Shown in pieces: positions 21,633 through 31,536 of a stretch of 64,000 nucleotides of DNA. The stretch covers positions 352,001 to 416,000 of the forward strand of contig CP182352.1 in the NCBI GenBank assembly GCA_048571215.1. The letters are read 5' to 3'. Position 1 is the stretch's first letter; each line of letters opens with the position of its first letter. The translations under genes were made by a program, and so were the position numbers. The DNA is from Halarcobacter sp. Its GTDB lineage: Bacteria > Campylobacterota > Campylobacteria > Campylobacterales > Arcobacteraceae. The notes under the pieces are model-generated. The model was not told the origin of the DNA. It saw only the letters and a list, made by a program, of their open reading frames with translations, and searched no databases.

Positions 21633-21697
21633 TAATTGTTATCAATATTTATAGATAATTAAGTTTCTTATTGGTATCATTTTAATAATAATTATCA
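21630..21697. promoter_or_regulatory. Two Fur boxes upstream of the DUF2325-like gene
   Basis: TGATAATTGTTATCA (21630-21644) and TAATAATAATTATCA (21683-21697). Confidence 0.65.
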
Positions 21698-21710
21698 AAA
21701 AGGAAACCAA

Positions 21711-22013
21711 ATGTCAGTTTTAATTATTGGTGGAGATAAGATAGATACAATAAAATCTATTCTAGACAGTTTAGGAAAGTTTTCAATAACCCATTGGGAT
21801 ACAAGAAAAAAATCAAGCGCTTGCAGAAAAGAGATACCTCAAGATACAGATTATGTTTTAATGTTAACAGATTTTTTAAATCACAATGCCATGTATAAAT
21901 ATAGAAAGGAAGCAAAGAAAAAAGATATCCCTGTTATTTGTACAAAAAGAAGTGCAAGTTCTGTTCATTGTGAAGTTTGTAAATTCTTAAAACGCAATAA
22001 TTGTGAGGCTTAA
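21711..22013 (+). CDS. DUF2325-like small protein
   Basis: MSVLIIGGD...D.VLMLTDFLNHN...AKKKDIPV pattern. Confidence 0.7.
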   Translation: MSVLIIGGDKIDTIKSILDSLGKFSITHWDTRKKSSACRKEIPQDTDYVLMLTDFLNHNAMYKYRKEAKKKDIPVICTKRSASSVHCEVCKFLKRNNCEA

Positions 22014-22016
22014 GTC

Positions 22017-22220
22017 ATGAGTGATAACTTAATTAAGAGACTTAATAGTTTCAACAACTACAAATATAATCATTCTTTGGGTAAAATAGAAAATCTAAAA
22101 TCAGTAAAAGAAGCTGATTTAGATGAATTTTTAGAGATAGCTAATATTTTAGATAGAAATTTTATCAAATATAGTTTTAGTACTAATATTGATATCACTA
22201 TAATAAAATCTAGGAAGTAG
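22017..22220 (+). CDS. Hypothetical protein
   Basis: 67 aa ORF 3 bp after the previous gene. Confidence 0.55.
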   Translation: MSDNLIKRLNSFNNYKYNHSLGKIENLKSVKEADLDEFLEIANILDRNFIKYSFSTNIDITIIKSRK

Positions 22221-22233
22221 CATTAGGAGTTGT

Positions 22234-22416
22234 ATGACTGATAGTCAGATTGAAAAAGAGATAAATGATTTTATATCTCATTGTGGATTAAATATAAACC
22301 TTAATCTAGTAGACCCAATAGTTAATTTACTTAAAAATAAATATGAAAATGTTGATGAAGAAAAAGTTAGGAGTTTAGCCTCAAAAATAGTTTTGGCTAA
22401 AGAGCAAGAAGAATAA
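22234..22416 (+). CDS. Hypothetical protein
   Basis: 60 aa ORF with AGGAG RBS. Confidence 0.6.
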   Translation: MTDSQIEKEINDFISHCGLNINLNLVDPIVNLLKNKYENVDEEKVRSLASKIVLAKEQEE

Positions 22417-22420
22417 CTTC

Positions 22421-23560
22421 TTACTCTTTGATTAGGTGTTCATACCTTTTATCTGTTAGTAGTTTTAAAAATGCAACTATTGCATCGATTTTCCTATCGC
22501 TTTGTTTATTTGCTTTTAACTCTTCTAAAGAGATTGTCTCTTCAACTTCAGGTTCAGCCCATGGTTTGCCAGTCTCTGGATTTATTTTTCTCTCTTTGTT
22601 ATTATATTTATCATAAAATTCAACCACAGTTCTTAGGTCTTTGAAAACCCCATTATGCATATATGGTGCTGTAACTGCAACATTTCTAAGTGTTGGTACT
22701 TTATATTTACCCTTTTGTTTTTCGTCAGTTACTTTTGGATTATTTAATAAACCAAGGTCAATATCTTTTACACCATTTTTTGCTCTTAGTTTGTTATTTG
22801 CAGGAACACCAATGTTGTGGAACTCATAATTGGTAAAAGTTTCACCTGCTTTATCTTCACCTTTTAGTACATGGCAAGTTGAGCATGAGTTATTATTGTT
22901 AGAAAAGAATAGTGATCTTCCTAAATCTTCCAAAACTGTTAAATCATATTCACCTTTTAAAAATCTATCATATTTTGAATCAAAAGGTGCAAACTCTTTT
23001 GTTTTTTCAAAACTTTCAATAGCTTTTGTCATTGCACTAAAAACTTTTTCATCTGAGTTAAAAATATCATCCCCATAAATAGCTTTAAAAGCAGTAACAT
23101 AATAACTATTTTCTTTAAGTCTATCAATTACATCTTTTTTTGAACTCATACCCATCTCAATAGGGTTTAGTGGTGGACCACCTGCTTGTCCTGCTAAGGT
23201 TGCTTCTCTACCATCCCAAAACTGCCCTCCAATATATTTTTTCTTTTTTTTGTCATAATGAAATATTGGTGAAAACATTGCGTATGCAGCACTTGGAGCC
23301 TCTCTATCACCTATAGATTTTCCGTTATCACCTAATGATGCCATACTATTAACACCATTTTCTCTATTATCAACAAAACCATGCTCTGGATTGTGACAAG
23401 TTGCACAGGCTTGAGTCCTATTTTTTGAAAGATTTTTATCAAAAAACAATACCTTCCCTAAATCCTCTTTTTTTAAATCTATTTTATTTTCATTGGCATT
23501 TGATACACTTATCAATGCAAAAGCAGATAAACCAACAGCCAATAGTTTAATATGTTTCAC
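22421..23560 (-). CDS. MauG/CCP-family di-heme cytochrome c peroxidase
   Basis: Signal peptide, CATCH, CSTCH, GGQFWDGR, KVPTLRN, PYMHNG. Confidence 0.88.
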   Translation of the reverse strand: MKHIKLLAVGLSAFALISVSNANENKIDLKKEDLGKVLFFDKNLSKNRTQACATCHNPEHGFVDNRENGVNSMASLGDNGKSIGDREAPSAAYAMFSPIFHYDKKKKKYIGGQFWDGREATLAGQAGGPPLNPIEMGMSSKKDVIDRLKENSYYVTAFKAIYGDDIFNSDEKVFSAMTKAIESFEKTKEFAPFDSKYDRFLKGEYDLTVLEDLGRSLFFSNNNNSCSTCHVLKGEDKAGETFTNYEFHNIGVPANNKLRAKNGVKDIDLGLLNNPKVTDEKQKGKYKVPTLRNVAVTAPYMHNGVFKDLRTVVEFYDKYNNKERKINPETGKPWAEPEVEETISLEELKANKQSDRKIDAIVAFLKLLTDKRYEHLIKE

Positions 23561-24464
23561 TTTTTCTCCTTCTTTTTAATATATTTATAAATGGGAAAAC
23601 AATTAATTTTACTATAGAATCATAGTTTCCCATTTGTTGTTTTTTTAATCCAAATTTTAAGTAACTAACCTCTTTTGATAGTTTTAATGAACCAAAAATT
23701 CTATCCCAAATAGCTAAATAACTACCGTAGTTTTTATCAAAGAATTTATTACTATGGTGAATTTGATGTTGCTTTGGAGATATAAACCATTTTTCTAAAA
23801 AAGTAAAATATGAAAGTGGTATATGGGAATGTCTTAGATTTGATCCCATAAGTGAGAAAATAAAAACAAAAATATTCGCACCTAATACTTCATAAAGTCC
23901 AATTTTAGAACCAAAAAAATAGATAAATATCCCCGTTACAAACCCAATACATAATGAGTATCTAAAACCAAAAAGGATATTTTCTATTGGATGAATTCTG
24001 TAAAATGTAAGTGGATTTAATACTTTTGCACTATGATGTACCTTGTGAAACTCCCAAAGTATTGGAATAGTATGTAAAAATCTATGTAACCAATATCTAC
24101 TAAAGTCACTTACTACAAATAAAGTTAATGTATATAAAATAATTGTAGTTTCATAAGAAATAGAATTGATTTGATTGAAACCAAAATTATAATATAGATG
24201 TTTGTTAATAAAAAAAGCCACAGATTTTGCACTAATCACAATAGGTATAATCAATAATACTTTTATAAAATAAGATAACAAGAAATAGTAATAATCTAAT
24301 TTAGAACTAGGGTGTAACCAAAGTTTTGAACTAAATATTACTCTTTTATATCTACTATTAAAGTATATAAATACCATTGCTATTGCTATTGAAGAGATAA
24401 GATAAATCCAATAGGTTCTTCTTCCAGGATTTATCAAATACTCTAAGATTAGAAAATCATCCAT
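23547..24464 (-). CDS. Sterol desaturase / fatty acid hydroxylase family membrane protein
   Basis: His boxes HRFLH, HKVHH, HQIHH; NYG...WDRIFG. Confidence 0.85.
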   Translation of the reverse strand: MDDFLILEYLINPGRRTYWIYLISSIAIAMVFIYFNSRYKRVIFSSKLWLHPSSKLDYYYFLLSYFIKVLLIIPIVISAKSVAFFINKHLYYNFGFNQINSISYETTIILYTLTLFVVSDFSRYWLHRFLHTIPILWEFHKVHHSAKVLNPLTFYRIHPIENILFGFRYSLCIGFVTGIFIYFFGSKIGLYEVLGANIFVFIFSLMGSNLRHSHIPLSYFTFLEKWFISPKQHQIHHSNKFFDKNYGSYLAIWDRIFGSLKLSKEVSYLKFGLKKQQMGNYDSIVKLIVFPFINILKRRRKSETY

Positions 24465-24475
24465 ATTTTAACTTT

Positions 24476-25462
24476 TTAATCCCCATCTGCTTCAATGATT
24501 TTTGCATTTATTGATAAATCTTCGATTATATCAAGAAATAAAATTGTGTGTATATTAGATATCTCTTTATATAACTTATCTACATTTGAGAAATCATCAT
24601 TTTTAATATTTTTTACTAAAACCAGCGATTTATCTATTGAATCTCTTAAATCTTTAATTTGATTCTCTTGTATTGCTTTTATTAAATAGTCACCATAATT
24701 TTCAAATTTTTTACTATTAAAATTTTTTTTATAAGTTAATAGGATTGATTCTATTGCATTTGCACTATTTTTACTCAAAAAATACTCAGCTCTTTTATTA
24801 TCAGGTTTCCCTTCATATTTTTTTGTAGCACCCATAACATCACCAATTCTCCACTCTTTTAACTTATAAGTATTTTGAATAAGTGCATTGATTACAAATG
24901 AGTTTGCCTTTTTTAAATTACTCAAAAAGTATTCTTCTGATGAGATATATTGTTCTTGTATCTCTTCTAAATATGATTTTATTTTTGAGTTTATTGTAAG
25001 GGCAATTTGATTTACTCTTTCATTTTTAATATCTTTAGCATATAAAATATATTCTAAAGCATTTATAGATTTTAGGGAGTTTTTAAATAATACTATTCTA
25101 ATACTATCACTGCTATTTATAGCTCTATCTAACTGTTCTGTAATATCTTCATTTCCATTATGAAAAATATCAATATATCTTGGTGTATCAATATAGTCTT
25201 CATTTATATCTCCAAGAATATAAAATGCCTCCACACTTTTCCAAGATTTTATTAGATTTGTAAATGCAAGCTTAGTTTTTTGTATATCTTTTTCTTTAAT
25301 AGAAACTTCAAGAATTTTACTATCGTTTACAGCCTTTTTAATATCTTTTAAAATCACATTATCATATATATTTTTTAGTACCTGTTTGTTTTGTTGTGTA
25401 TCATCTGCAAATGCAAATAGGTTTAACAACAAACAAGCTAGTAGCACTTTTATTAATCTCAT
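24476..25462 (-). CDS. Imelysin-like exported protein
   Basis: Signal peptide, SINALEYILY (GxxxxE-like motif), position after the di-heme protein. Confidence 0.7.
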   Translation of the reverse strand: MRLIKVLLACLLLNLFAFADDTQQNKQVLKNIYDNVILKDIKKAVNDSKILEVSIKEKDIQKTKLAFTNLIKSWKSVEAFYILGDINEDYIDTPRYIDIFHNGNEDITEQLDRAINSSDSIRIVLFKNSLKSINALEYILYAKDIKNERVNQIALTINSKIKSYLEEIQEQYISSEEYFLSNLKKANSFVINALIQNTYKLKEWRIGDVMGATKKYEGKPDNKRAEYFLSKNSANAIESILLTYKKNFNSKKFENYGDYLIKAIQENQIKDLRDSIDKSLVLVKNIKNDDFSNVDKLYKEISNIHTILFLDIIEDLSINAKIIEADGD

Positions 25463-25464
25463 TT

Positions 25465-26793
25465 TTATACCTCTTCTAAAAATTTTAAGATAAAATCTCT
25501 ATCTTTTTTTTCTAACTTCATATAGTTTTCTTTTATGTTTTTAGCTTCTCCATCATGCCATAAAATAGCCTCTTGAACACTTCTTGCTCTTCCATCATGT
25601 AATAGTCTTGGTTTTTTGCCTGTTACTTTTTCATTTAAAGATAAGCCCCATAAAGCTGGTGTTCTCCATTCACTTTCTGTTGCTTTAAATTCACTTCTAC
25701 CATCTGATAAACCCTCTCCCATATCATGAAGTAACATATCTGTAAATGGGGCAATTTTTTTACCTGATTTTGTTATAAAAGTATCAACATGACATTTAAC
25801 ACAGCCAATTTGTTTAAAAAGTTTTAAACCCTCTTTAAACTCTTTTGTTTTATTTACTTTATGAAGTTTTTGTTTCTCTAAGAAGTATACAACTGCTTCA
25901 AGTCTATTATCTGGTAAATCTATAGCATCTCTTCCCTTTGGGGAATTATTACAGGCTATTTGCTCTTTTGTGCAAGTATCTTTTTGATAAATAGTTGTTG
26001 TAAGCCCCATATCATTTATTGCTGCATTTGCTGTTTGGTGTTTTAAGTTTACAAGATTTGCTTTCCAACTAAATCTTCCTAGCTCATATTTTTTTGTAAA
26101 AGGAGAATATACAAAGTTTGCCTTACCAGAAATGCCGTCATTGTCCTTATCAAACTCATCTGTATTTGCTAAAATATCCTCTTCTTTTATATCATTTAAA
26201 AAACCAACACCATATAAAGAGGGAGCTAATCTAAATGTGAGAATAGTATCTTTATGAAGATCTCCATATTGTAAATTTTCAATAGAGTATTTTGGTTTTA
26301 ACAATGTTTCAACTTCACCATCAGGAAAATTAATATTAATCTCTTCATAATGTATTTCAGGTCTTCCTTCAAATTTTACTCCATGTACTGCATTTATTGC
26401 AATTTGACCACCATATGTTGGCTCAGTTACTAAACCATTTTTGTAAATTAAATCTTTATGCTCTTTTGAATTATTTGAAGGGATAGAAAGTTTTGCAATA
26501 ATAGTTCTAGATAGGGTACCATTTTTATTATATAAAATACCTCTTGTAGTTTTTGGATGACATGAATTACAGGTGTTTGCATTGAATAATGGTCCTAAAC
26601 CATCCCGTGCAGTTGTTGCACTAGGTGCTTCAACCCAAGGTATAGTAAAAAAACTTCTACCTAAGATATATTTATCGTACTCTTCATCACTTAGATTTTT
26701 ACTATCTGCCAAAGTAATATTACTTGTAGCAAAAAGTGCTACAAGTAAAAAAGTAAGCTTATATTTGAGTTTCTTCAGAGTCTGTAACATCAT
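25465..26793 (-). CDS. Di-heme oxidoreductase (DHOR/DUF1111 family)
   Basis: DGLGPLFN, CNSCH, GRFSWKA, CVKCH, LLHDMG, WRTPALWG, LHDGRAR. Confidence 0.88.
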   Translation of the reverse strand: MMLQTLKKLKYKLTFLLVALFATSNITLADSKNLSDEEYDKYILGRSFFTIPWVEAPSATTARDGLGPLFNANTCNSCHPKTTRGILYNKNGTLSRTIIAKLSIPSNNSKEHKDLIYKNGLVTEPTYGGQIAINAVHGVKFEGRPEIHYEEININFPDGEVETLLKPKYSIENLQYGDLHKDTILTFRLAPSLYGVGFLNDIKEEDILANTDEFDKDNDGISGKANFVYSPFTKKYELGRFSWKANLVNLKHQTANAAINDMGLTTTIYQKDTCTKEQIACNNSPKGRDAIDLPDNRLEAVVYFLEKQKLHKVNKTKEFKEGLKLFKQIGCVKCHVDTFITKSGKKIAPFTDMLLHDMGEGLSDGRSEFKATESEWRTPALWGLSLNEKVTGKKPRLLHDGRARSVQEAILWHDGEAKNIKENYMKLEKKDRDFILKFLEEV

Positions 26794-28093
26794 CAGTACT
26801 TAAAGAGATTCCATTTGCATTTGCAATATTTACCATCTCATCTCCAAGCTTTCTCATTTGGTTTTTTAGTTTTACAATAACTTTTGCTTGTGGATTGTCT
26901 GGTTGAATTTGATAATCAAAGTGTTCTTTTGTTTTAGCAATAGAATCCACTTTCATAATCTTATCTTCAATGGAAGTCATAAGTGAACTGATTCTTTGTT
27001 TTGTTTGTGAATCTACTTTATCTAATAAAGATGAACCATAAGATTTACCTTTGTAAGTAGAAGTTAGAATATTTTTAAAACCTAAGTAGTTATTATAAAT
27101 ATCTCTATGTGTATTATCAGAAAAACAAGAGTGTTCATCCTCTTCAGATGGGGTTAAAACAGCAACTGCAATTCTTTCATTTGCAAGTTCTGATTTAATA
27201 AATACACCCATTCCCGCAATAATTTGTTTTAAAGCTTCTTTTTCAGGTATATTTTTATTTGCATTTTTCCCAGCAAGAGTATTTTTTAAAGCTTTTTGGT
27301 AAAGTCCATTATCATCCCAAGCACTATAAACAGTCTCTAAATCAGATACTATTTTTTTTGCAGCAGCTTGTAAAAAGTCTAGTCTTCTTTTTGCATTTGA
27401 ATCACTTGTAAAATCACTAAGAGGTCTTTGTCCTGCTGTAAGTGGTCCATGAGTAATTGAATCTTTTACAAAGTTTGAATAATCTTGGTCTTGCCCCCAA
27501 AGTAAAAACTCAATTGCATGATAACCTGTAGAAACATTTGCTTCACCACCATTTTCATTTAGTGCAGTTATTGAATCAACACTTATTTTTGAAACATCAA
27601 TTGCACTAGAATCTTCTCCACCTGGATTAAAAACTCCAACAGTATCTATAATATTCCCTGAAGTTTTTTTACCCTCAGCATCAACAGTATAATCAATCAT
27701 ATTTTCATCTAAAGGCCAAGCATTTATTTGTCCCTCTAAAGCACCATAAGTATCGGCAATCCAACCTTCTTCTGCATCAATTGGACCATTTGAAAGTCTA
27801 AAAATCTCAGTTTGACCATAAGATTCTCTTGAATTTAGCCAAGCTTTTTTTGCTTTTTCTAAACCAGCTTCAGTTGGGTTTTTTACAAAGTTATTGATAG
27901 CAGTTTGTAATAGTTTAGCATCTTTTAATGCATCACCATAATTATCTTTTGCTATTTTTGCATAAGAGTAAAGGATTGGAGAAGTTTTCATCTCAACTTT
28001 TGTTGGTGTTTGTTGTTGTGATGCTGTACACCCTGTTAGTATCAGTGCAGCAGTAAAACTTATACTTGTTAGTAAAGATTTCGATTTTGTCAT
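26759..28093 (-). CDS. Imelysin / iron-regulated protein A lipoprotein
   Basis: Lipobox LTGC, NAWPLDE, TGYHAIEFLLWGQD, EHSCFSDNT. Confidence 0.88.
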   Translation of the reverse strand: MTKSKSLLTSISFTAALILTGCTASQQQTPTKVEMKTSPILYSYAKIAKDNYGDALKDAKLLQTAINNFVKNPTEAGLEKAKKAWLNSRESYGQTEIFRLSNGPIDAEEGWIADTYGALEGQINAWPLDENMIDYTVDAEGKKTSGNIIDTVGVFNPGGEDSSAIDVSKISVDSITALNENGGEANVSTGYHAIEFLLWGQDQDYSNFVKDSITHGPLTAGQRPLSDFTSDSNAKRRLDFLQAAAKKIVSDLETVYSAWDDNGLYQKALKNTLAGKNANKNIPEKEALKQIIAGMGVFIKSELANERIAVAVLTPSEEDEHSCFSDNTHRDIYNNYLGFKNILTSTYKGKSYGSSLLDKVDSQTKQRISSLMTSIEDKIMKVDSIAKTKEHFDYQIQPDNPQAKVIVKLKNQMRKLGDEMVNIANANGISLSTDDVTDSEETQI

Positions 28094-28112
28094 TTGTTTC
28101 CTTTTATTAAAA

Positions 28113-28192
28113 TGATAGTTGTTATCATTTTTGTTTAAGGAATTCTAATCAAAAAAAGCTTAATTACTACTTAATACTAATAATGATTATCA
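28113..28192. promoter_or_regulatory. Two Fur boxes upstream of the imelysin operon
   Basis: TGATAGTTGTTATCA (28113-28127) and TAATAATGATTATCA (28178-28192). Confidence 0.7.
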
Positions 28193-28255
28193 AGTTTGTA
28201 TCTAGAGAATTTGATAGGTGTAAAAAACTATATTAGTTAAGAAAAAAATAGAGGT

Positions 28256-28921
28256 TTATTCTTTACTCATTCTGTAAAGCCAATCACCAAAGCTTTTATT
28301 AAAATATGAGGCGGCAGTATTTGGTCGACTTTTATATTCTGCATTTTGAATATTGTTTTTAAAGGCACCATATTTGTACTCATTTACATAGAACCAAGGT
28401 TTAAAATTACTTCTTTTTGAGTATTTAACTGCCCATTTTGTATTATTGTCTAAAATTAAAGGATCATTTGAATCATCTATAAAATAGGCCAAAACCATAT
28501 GGTTTAGTTTCTTACTTTTAAAAGAGCCTAACCAGATTTGAAGTTTATCTTTTGGAATACCTAATTTAACCAATGAATAATATTTTGCCAAAGTAAAATC
28601 GTCACAGTCACCACCTAGTTGACCAATAAAGTTTTTAAAAGTTCGCCAATAATCGCCACCTCTAATTGTTTTATTGTTTTCAACTATAGTGTCATATTTA
28701 TATATATATTGATTAAAATATTGGTCTATCTTTCTAGCTTTTATTTTTGTAGATTTATTTTTTAAACTTTTCATCAGTTTATTCCAGTTTGCTAATCTTT
28801 CCCCAGAACGACCACCATACTCTTGTTGTATCTGTTTTATTTCATTTTTTGTGGCATACTCTTTTGCAAAACAAAAGCTAGATAATATAATAGTTAAAAA
28901 TATAGAAGTAAATAGTTTCAT
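28256..28921 (-). CDS. Transglutaminase-like cysteine peptidase (LapG/BTLCP family)
   Basis: DYW, GDCDDFTLAKY, HMVLAY, PLILDN catalytic triad pattern. Confidence 0.85.
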   Translation of the reverse strand: MKLFTSIFLTIILSSFCFAKEYATKNEIKQIQQEYGGRSGERLANWNKLMKSLKNKSTKIKARKIDQYFNQYIYKYDTIVENNKTIRGGDYWRTFKNFIGQLGGDCDDFTLAKYYSLVKLGIPKDKLQIWLGSFKSKKLNHMVLAYFIDDSNDPLILDNNTKWAVKYSKRSNFKPWFYVNEYKYGAFKNNIQNAEYKSRPNTAASYFNKSFGDWLYRMSKE

Positions 28922-29007
28922 TGAGTTCCCTTTATAATTATATAGATTATAATGAAGAACAAGTTATATCTAAATAAAACTATTTACTTTTCTAATAGAT
29001 GAATTAT

Positions 29008-29571
29008 TTAGTTTAAATCAGAATCTTTCCAGTATTTAGTTCCTTGAATAGTTGCTTGTAAAGCAAGACCATTTTTAGTCATCTTATAAAGTCTAATCCC
29101 TGGTGCAACAGTTATAGCAGCACCAAAGGCTTTACCTTTTTTCCCAGCTTTTGCAGCTGCATCAGCTTGAGCATTTGCTTCCCAACCTTTATTTACAAAA
29201 TTATTAAAGACTTTTTCATTTTCAAATAAAAAAACTGCTCTAAAATCTTTTATTCCTAAACCAAATCCGACACCACCTGATGCCATATTCATATAGATAT
29301 TTTTGCCTGTATTATTATTGTGAGCAACACCTTTTCCACCTTCTGCTGAAAATAATACTAGATTTACGCCAATATTACTAAATACAGCATAACCATAAGA
29401 ATTTTTTAAAATCTCTTTTGCTTTTTTATCATATTTATATAAATCTGATAGAGTATTGTCTCTTATCTGAATTCTCTCTTTTCTTTCTTGTTTGATGGTA
29501 TTACCAGACCAAAATCCTGAAAATAGTATTGTAGCTATTGTCAATATAGATATTAGTTTAAAATATTTCAT
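29008..29571 (-). CDS. Ysc84/SYLF-like lipid-binding exported protein
   Basis: GYAVF, GGKGVA, GVGFGLG, GLALQATIQGTKY. Confidence 0.75.
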   Translation of the reverse strand: MKYFKLISILTIATILFSGFWSGNTIKQERKERIQIRDNTLSDLYKYDKKAKEILKNSYGYAVFSNIGVNLVLFSAEGGKGVAHNNNTGKNIYMNMASGGVGFGLGIKDFRAVFLFENEKVFNNFVNKGWEANAQADAAAKAGKKGKAFGAAITVAPGIRLYKMTKNGLALQATIQGTKYWKDSDLN

Positions 29572-29665
29572 ATCTTATCCTTTCAAAATCATTATATTTG
29601 ATGATACTGTTTCAAGGATATATTATTGCTTTAAATTAAAATATAATTTAGAGTTTAAATAAATT

Positions 29666-29749
29666 TGGTGGGGTGTTCTTACTTGAAGTTGAATCCATAT
29701 AAGAGCTTATGAAGTTATTTTATAAAAAGACCCCTAAATAGTACCCTAA
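29666..29749. repeat. Degenerate att site (outer attR-like) with arm-type direct repeats
   Basis: TGGTGGGGTGTTC..GAAGTTGAAT..AAAGACCCCTAAATAGTACCCTAA aligns with 35167-35252. Confidence 0.65.
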
Positions 29750-29751
29750 GA

Positions 29752-29971
29752 TTAATTTTCTAAATTTTTTTTGATATTTTGAATAATAGTTTTAAATATT
29801 GGTAGATTGTATCTTATTACATCTTCTATAATATTTTCATCTGTACTATCATAGTCATGTGCAATATAATTTCTTACTGAACTAATACCTTTTAAATCTT
29901 CATTTGTAAAGTTCTCTAGTATTTTCAATACATTCTAAAATCTTATCTAATCGATTAATCACTTTAGACGT
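29752..29971 (-). pseudogene. HEPN/DUF86 toxin remnant
   Basis: Reads ...DLKGISSVRNYIAHDYD... (RxxxxH motif); ACG at the expected start, plus a frame break and internal deletion near 29925. Confidence 0.75.
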
Positions 29972-30263
29972 AAACTATGTCCTTCATGATTTTTTTATTT
30001 GTATCAGGTACAAAATCAACTGGTTGTTTGAAAATAGATTGTAGTTCATCTTTTATTGAATCAATTCTAAGAAGTTTAGAAAAACCACCAATATATTTTT
30101 TAGAAAACTTTTCATAATCTAACTTATAAGCAATATCAATATCACTATAGTCTGTGTTAGAATCTTTAGCATAACTACCAAATATTCCAACTATTTCTAA
30201 GCCTTCTTTTTGATATATTGGTTTTAGTTCTTTTAATTTATTTAGTATTTCTTCTTTTCTCAT
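29964..30263 (-). CDS. Minimal nucleotidyltransferase (MNT antitoxin)
   Basis: FGSYAK...SDIDI...VDFV. Confidence 0.88.
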   Translation of the reverse strand: MRKEEILNKLKELKPIYQKEGLEIVGIFGSYAKDSNTDYSDIDIAYKLDYEKFSKKYIGGFSKLLRIDSIKDELQSIFKQPVDFVPDTNKKIMKDIVYV

Positions 30264-30276
30264 AGTTGCTATTATA

Positions 30277-30415
30277 TCATAATTTTGTTTTTATCCATAG
30301 TTCAATTTTTTCCTCTTCCCAAACAGTAACCCTAGGGCTTAATTTTATAGGTTTAGGAAATTTATCTTCCTTAACTCATAACCAAATGGTACTTTTAGCA
30401 AGTGCAGTTTTTTTA
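30277..30415 (-). pseudogene. AlpA-family excisionase/regulator remnant
   Basis: KKTALAKSTIWL*VKEDKFPKPIKLSPRVTVWEEEKIELW with in-frame TGA; paralogous to 35735-35935. Confidence 0.75.
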
Positions 30416-30462
30416 TATCTAATTTTTTTAATAATAAAAAGATAATTTAAATTGTTGGCAGT

Positions 30463-31007
30463 TGTCTTATAGAGCAAAGCTCTCCGCTTTCTCACTTTTT
30501 AGTTGTAAAAAGTAAGACAAAAAGCAACCAGACGGTTGTTGAAGCTAAAGTTCTCTCCAGCTTTATAATTATCTTCTGACCTGCGGGGCTTGATATAAAA
30601 CGTGACATTCAGTCACCTTTTATATCTTCGAACAAGTCCTCGGTCTTTTCCGAAAATAATTAGAAAACTTCCGGCTTCAACAAAGTCTGGACTAAAATAC
30701 TCTAGCCTTGAATTTTTAAAATAGTTATTGAGTATTACACTAGCTTAAATATAATGGTACTAAAAAATGTAAAGGTCAATTTCCCACCTTCCCGCATTTG
30801 AGAAGCCGAGTGTTTATTTGTCTCTTTTGAAAACAAGTGACTAAACTGTTTGAAGCGTAAAGAAACGTTCTGGGAGAACGTTTTAGCAAGTTTTTAGGCA
30901 CTCAAAAGGGATGAATAAAAAGCTCGGAAAGCTTCCGCCTTCGAAACTCTGTGGGTGGTTTTTTTGCTACTTTTTTTTTCACAAAAAAAAGTCGAGAAAG
31001 TTAAGAC
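30463..31007. repeat. Structured non-coding element, copy A (two inverted arms)
   Basis: Homologous to 31067-32872 and 35921-36130; many stems with compensatory changes; bounded by GTCTT...AAGAC. Confidence 0.8.
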
Positions 31008-31536
31008 GTACAGTAAAAGTTTATTTATACTCAAATATTTTGATAATAGTTCTTATTGTATGCATCTGTCTTGTAGAACAAAGTTCTCCGCTTTCTCACT
31101 TTTTAATTGTAAAAAGTAAGGCAAAAAGCAACCAGACGGTTGTCGAAGCTAAAGTTCCCTCCCACTTCACTTTTTAAAGCTAGCCTGCAAAACTCCTCGA
31201 AAAAGTGACATCTAGTCACTTTTCTCTCGTCAGACAGTTTCGGCTTTTTCCGCTTTAAAAAGCAAAGCACTCGGCTTCAACAAAGTCTGGACTAAATACA
31301 CTAGCCACGAACTTTCTCTTAGTAATTGAGTATCACAGTAATTTTGAATGTAATGGTATAAAAAAATGCAAACATCCTTATCCCTTTCCAACATCTGCAA
31401 GAACTGGAGATTTATGAAATGTTTACGGTGAAAAGTGAGGAATGTGTGAGCGTAAAAAAAGAGTGACTAACTCACTCTTTTAGCGAGTTGCCACCTTAAA
31501 AGAATATAAAAATTCCATATAAAATTTATAATAAAA

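Noticed and set aside
22428..23078. Plus-strand short ORFs; likewise 2888-3100, 3551-3784, 8260-8580, 16559-16867, 32135-32329, 45187-45481, 47239-47496, 53495-53821
   Set aside because: Antisense or alternate-frame overlaps of well-supported genes
30911..31177. 88-aa ORF in the track
   Set aside because: Spans hairpins and homopolymers of two repeat copies; no protein-like features
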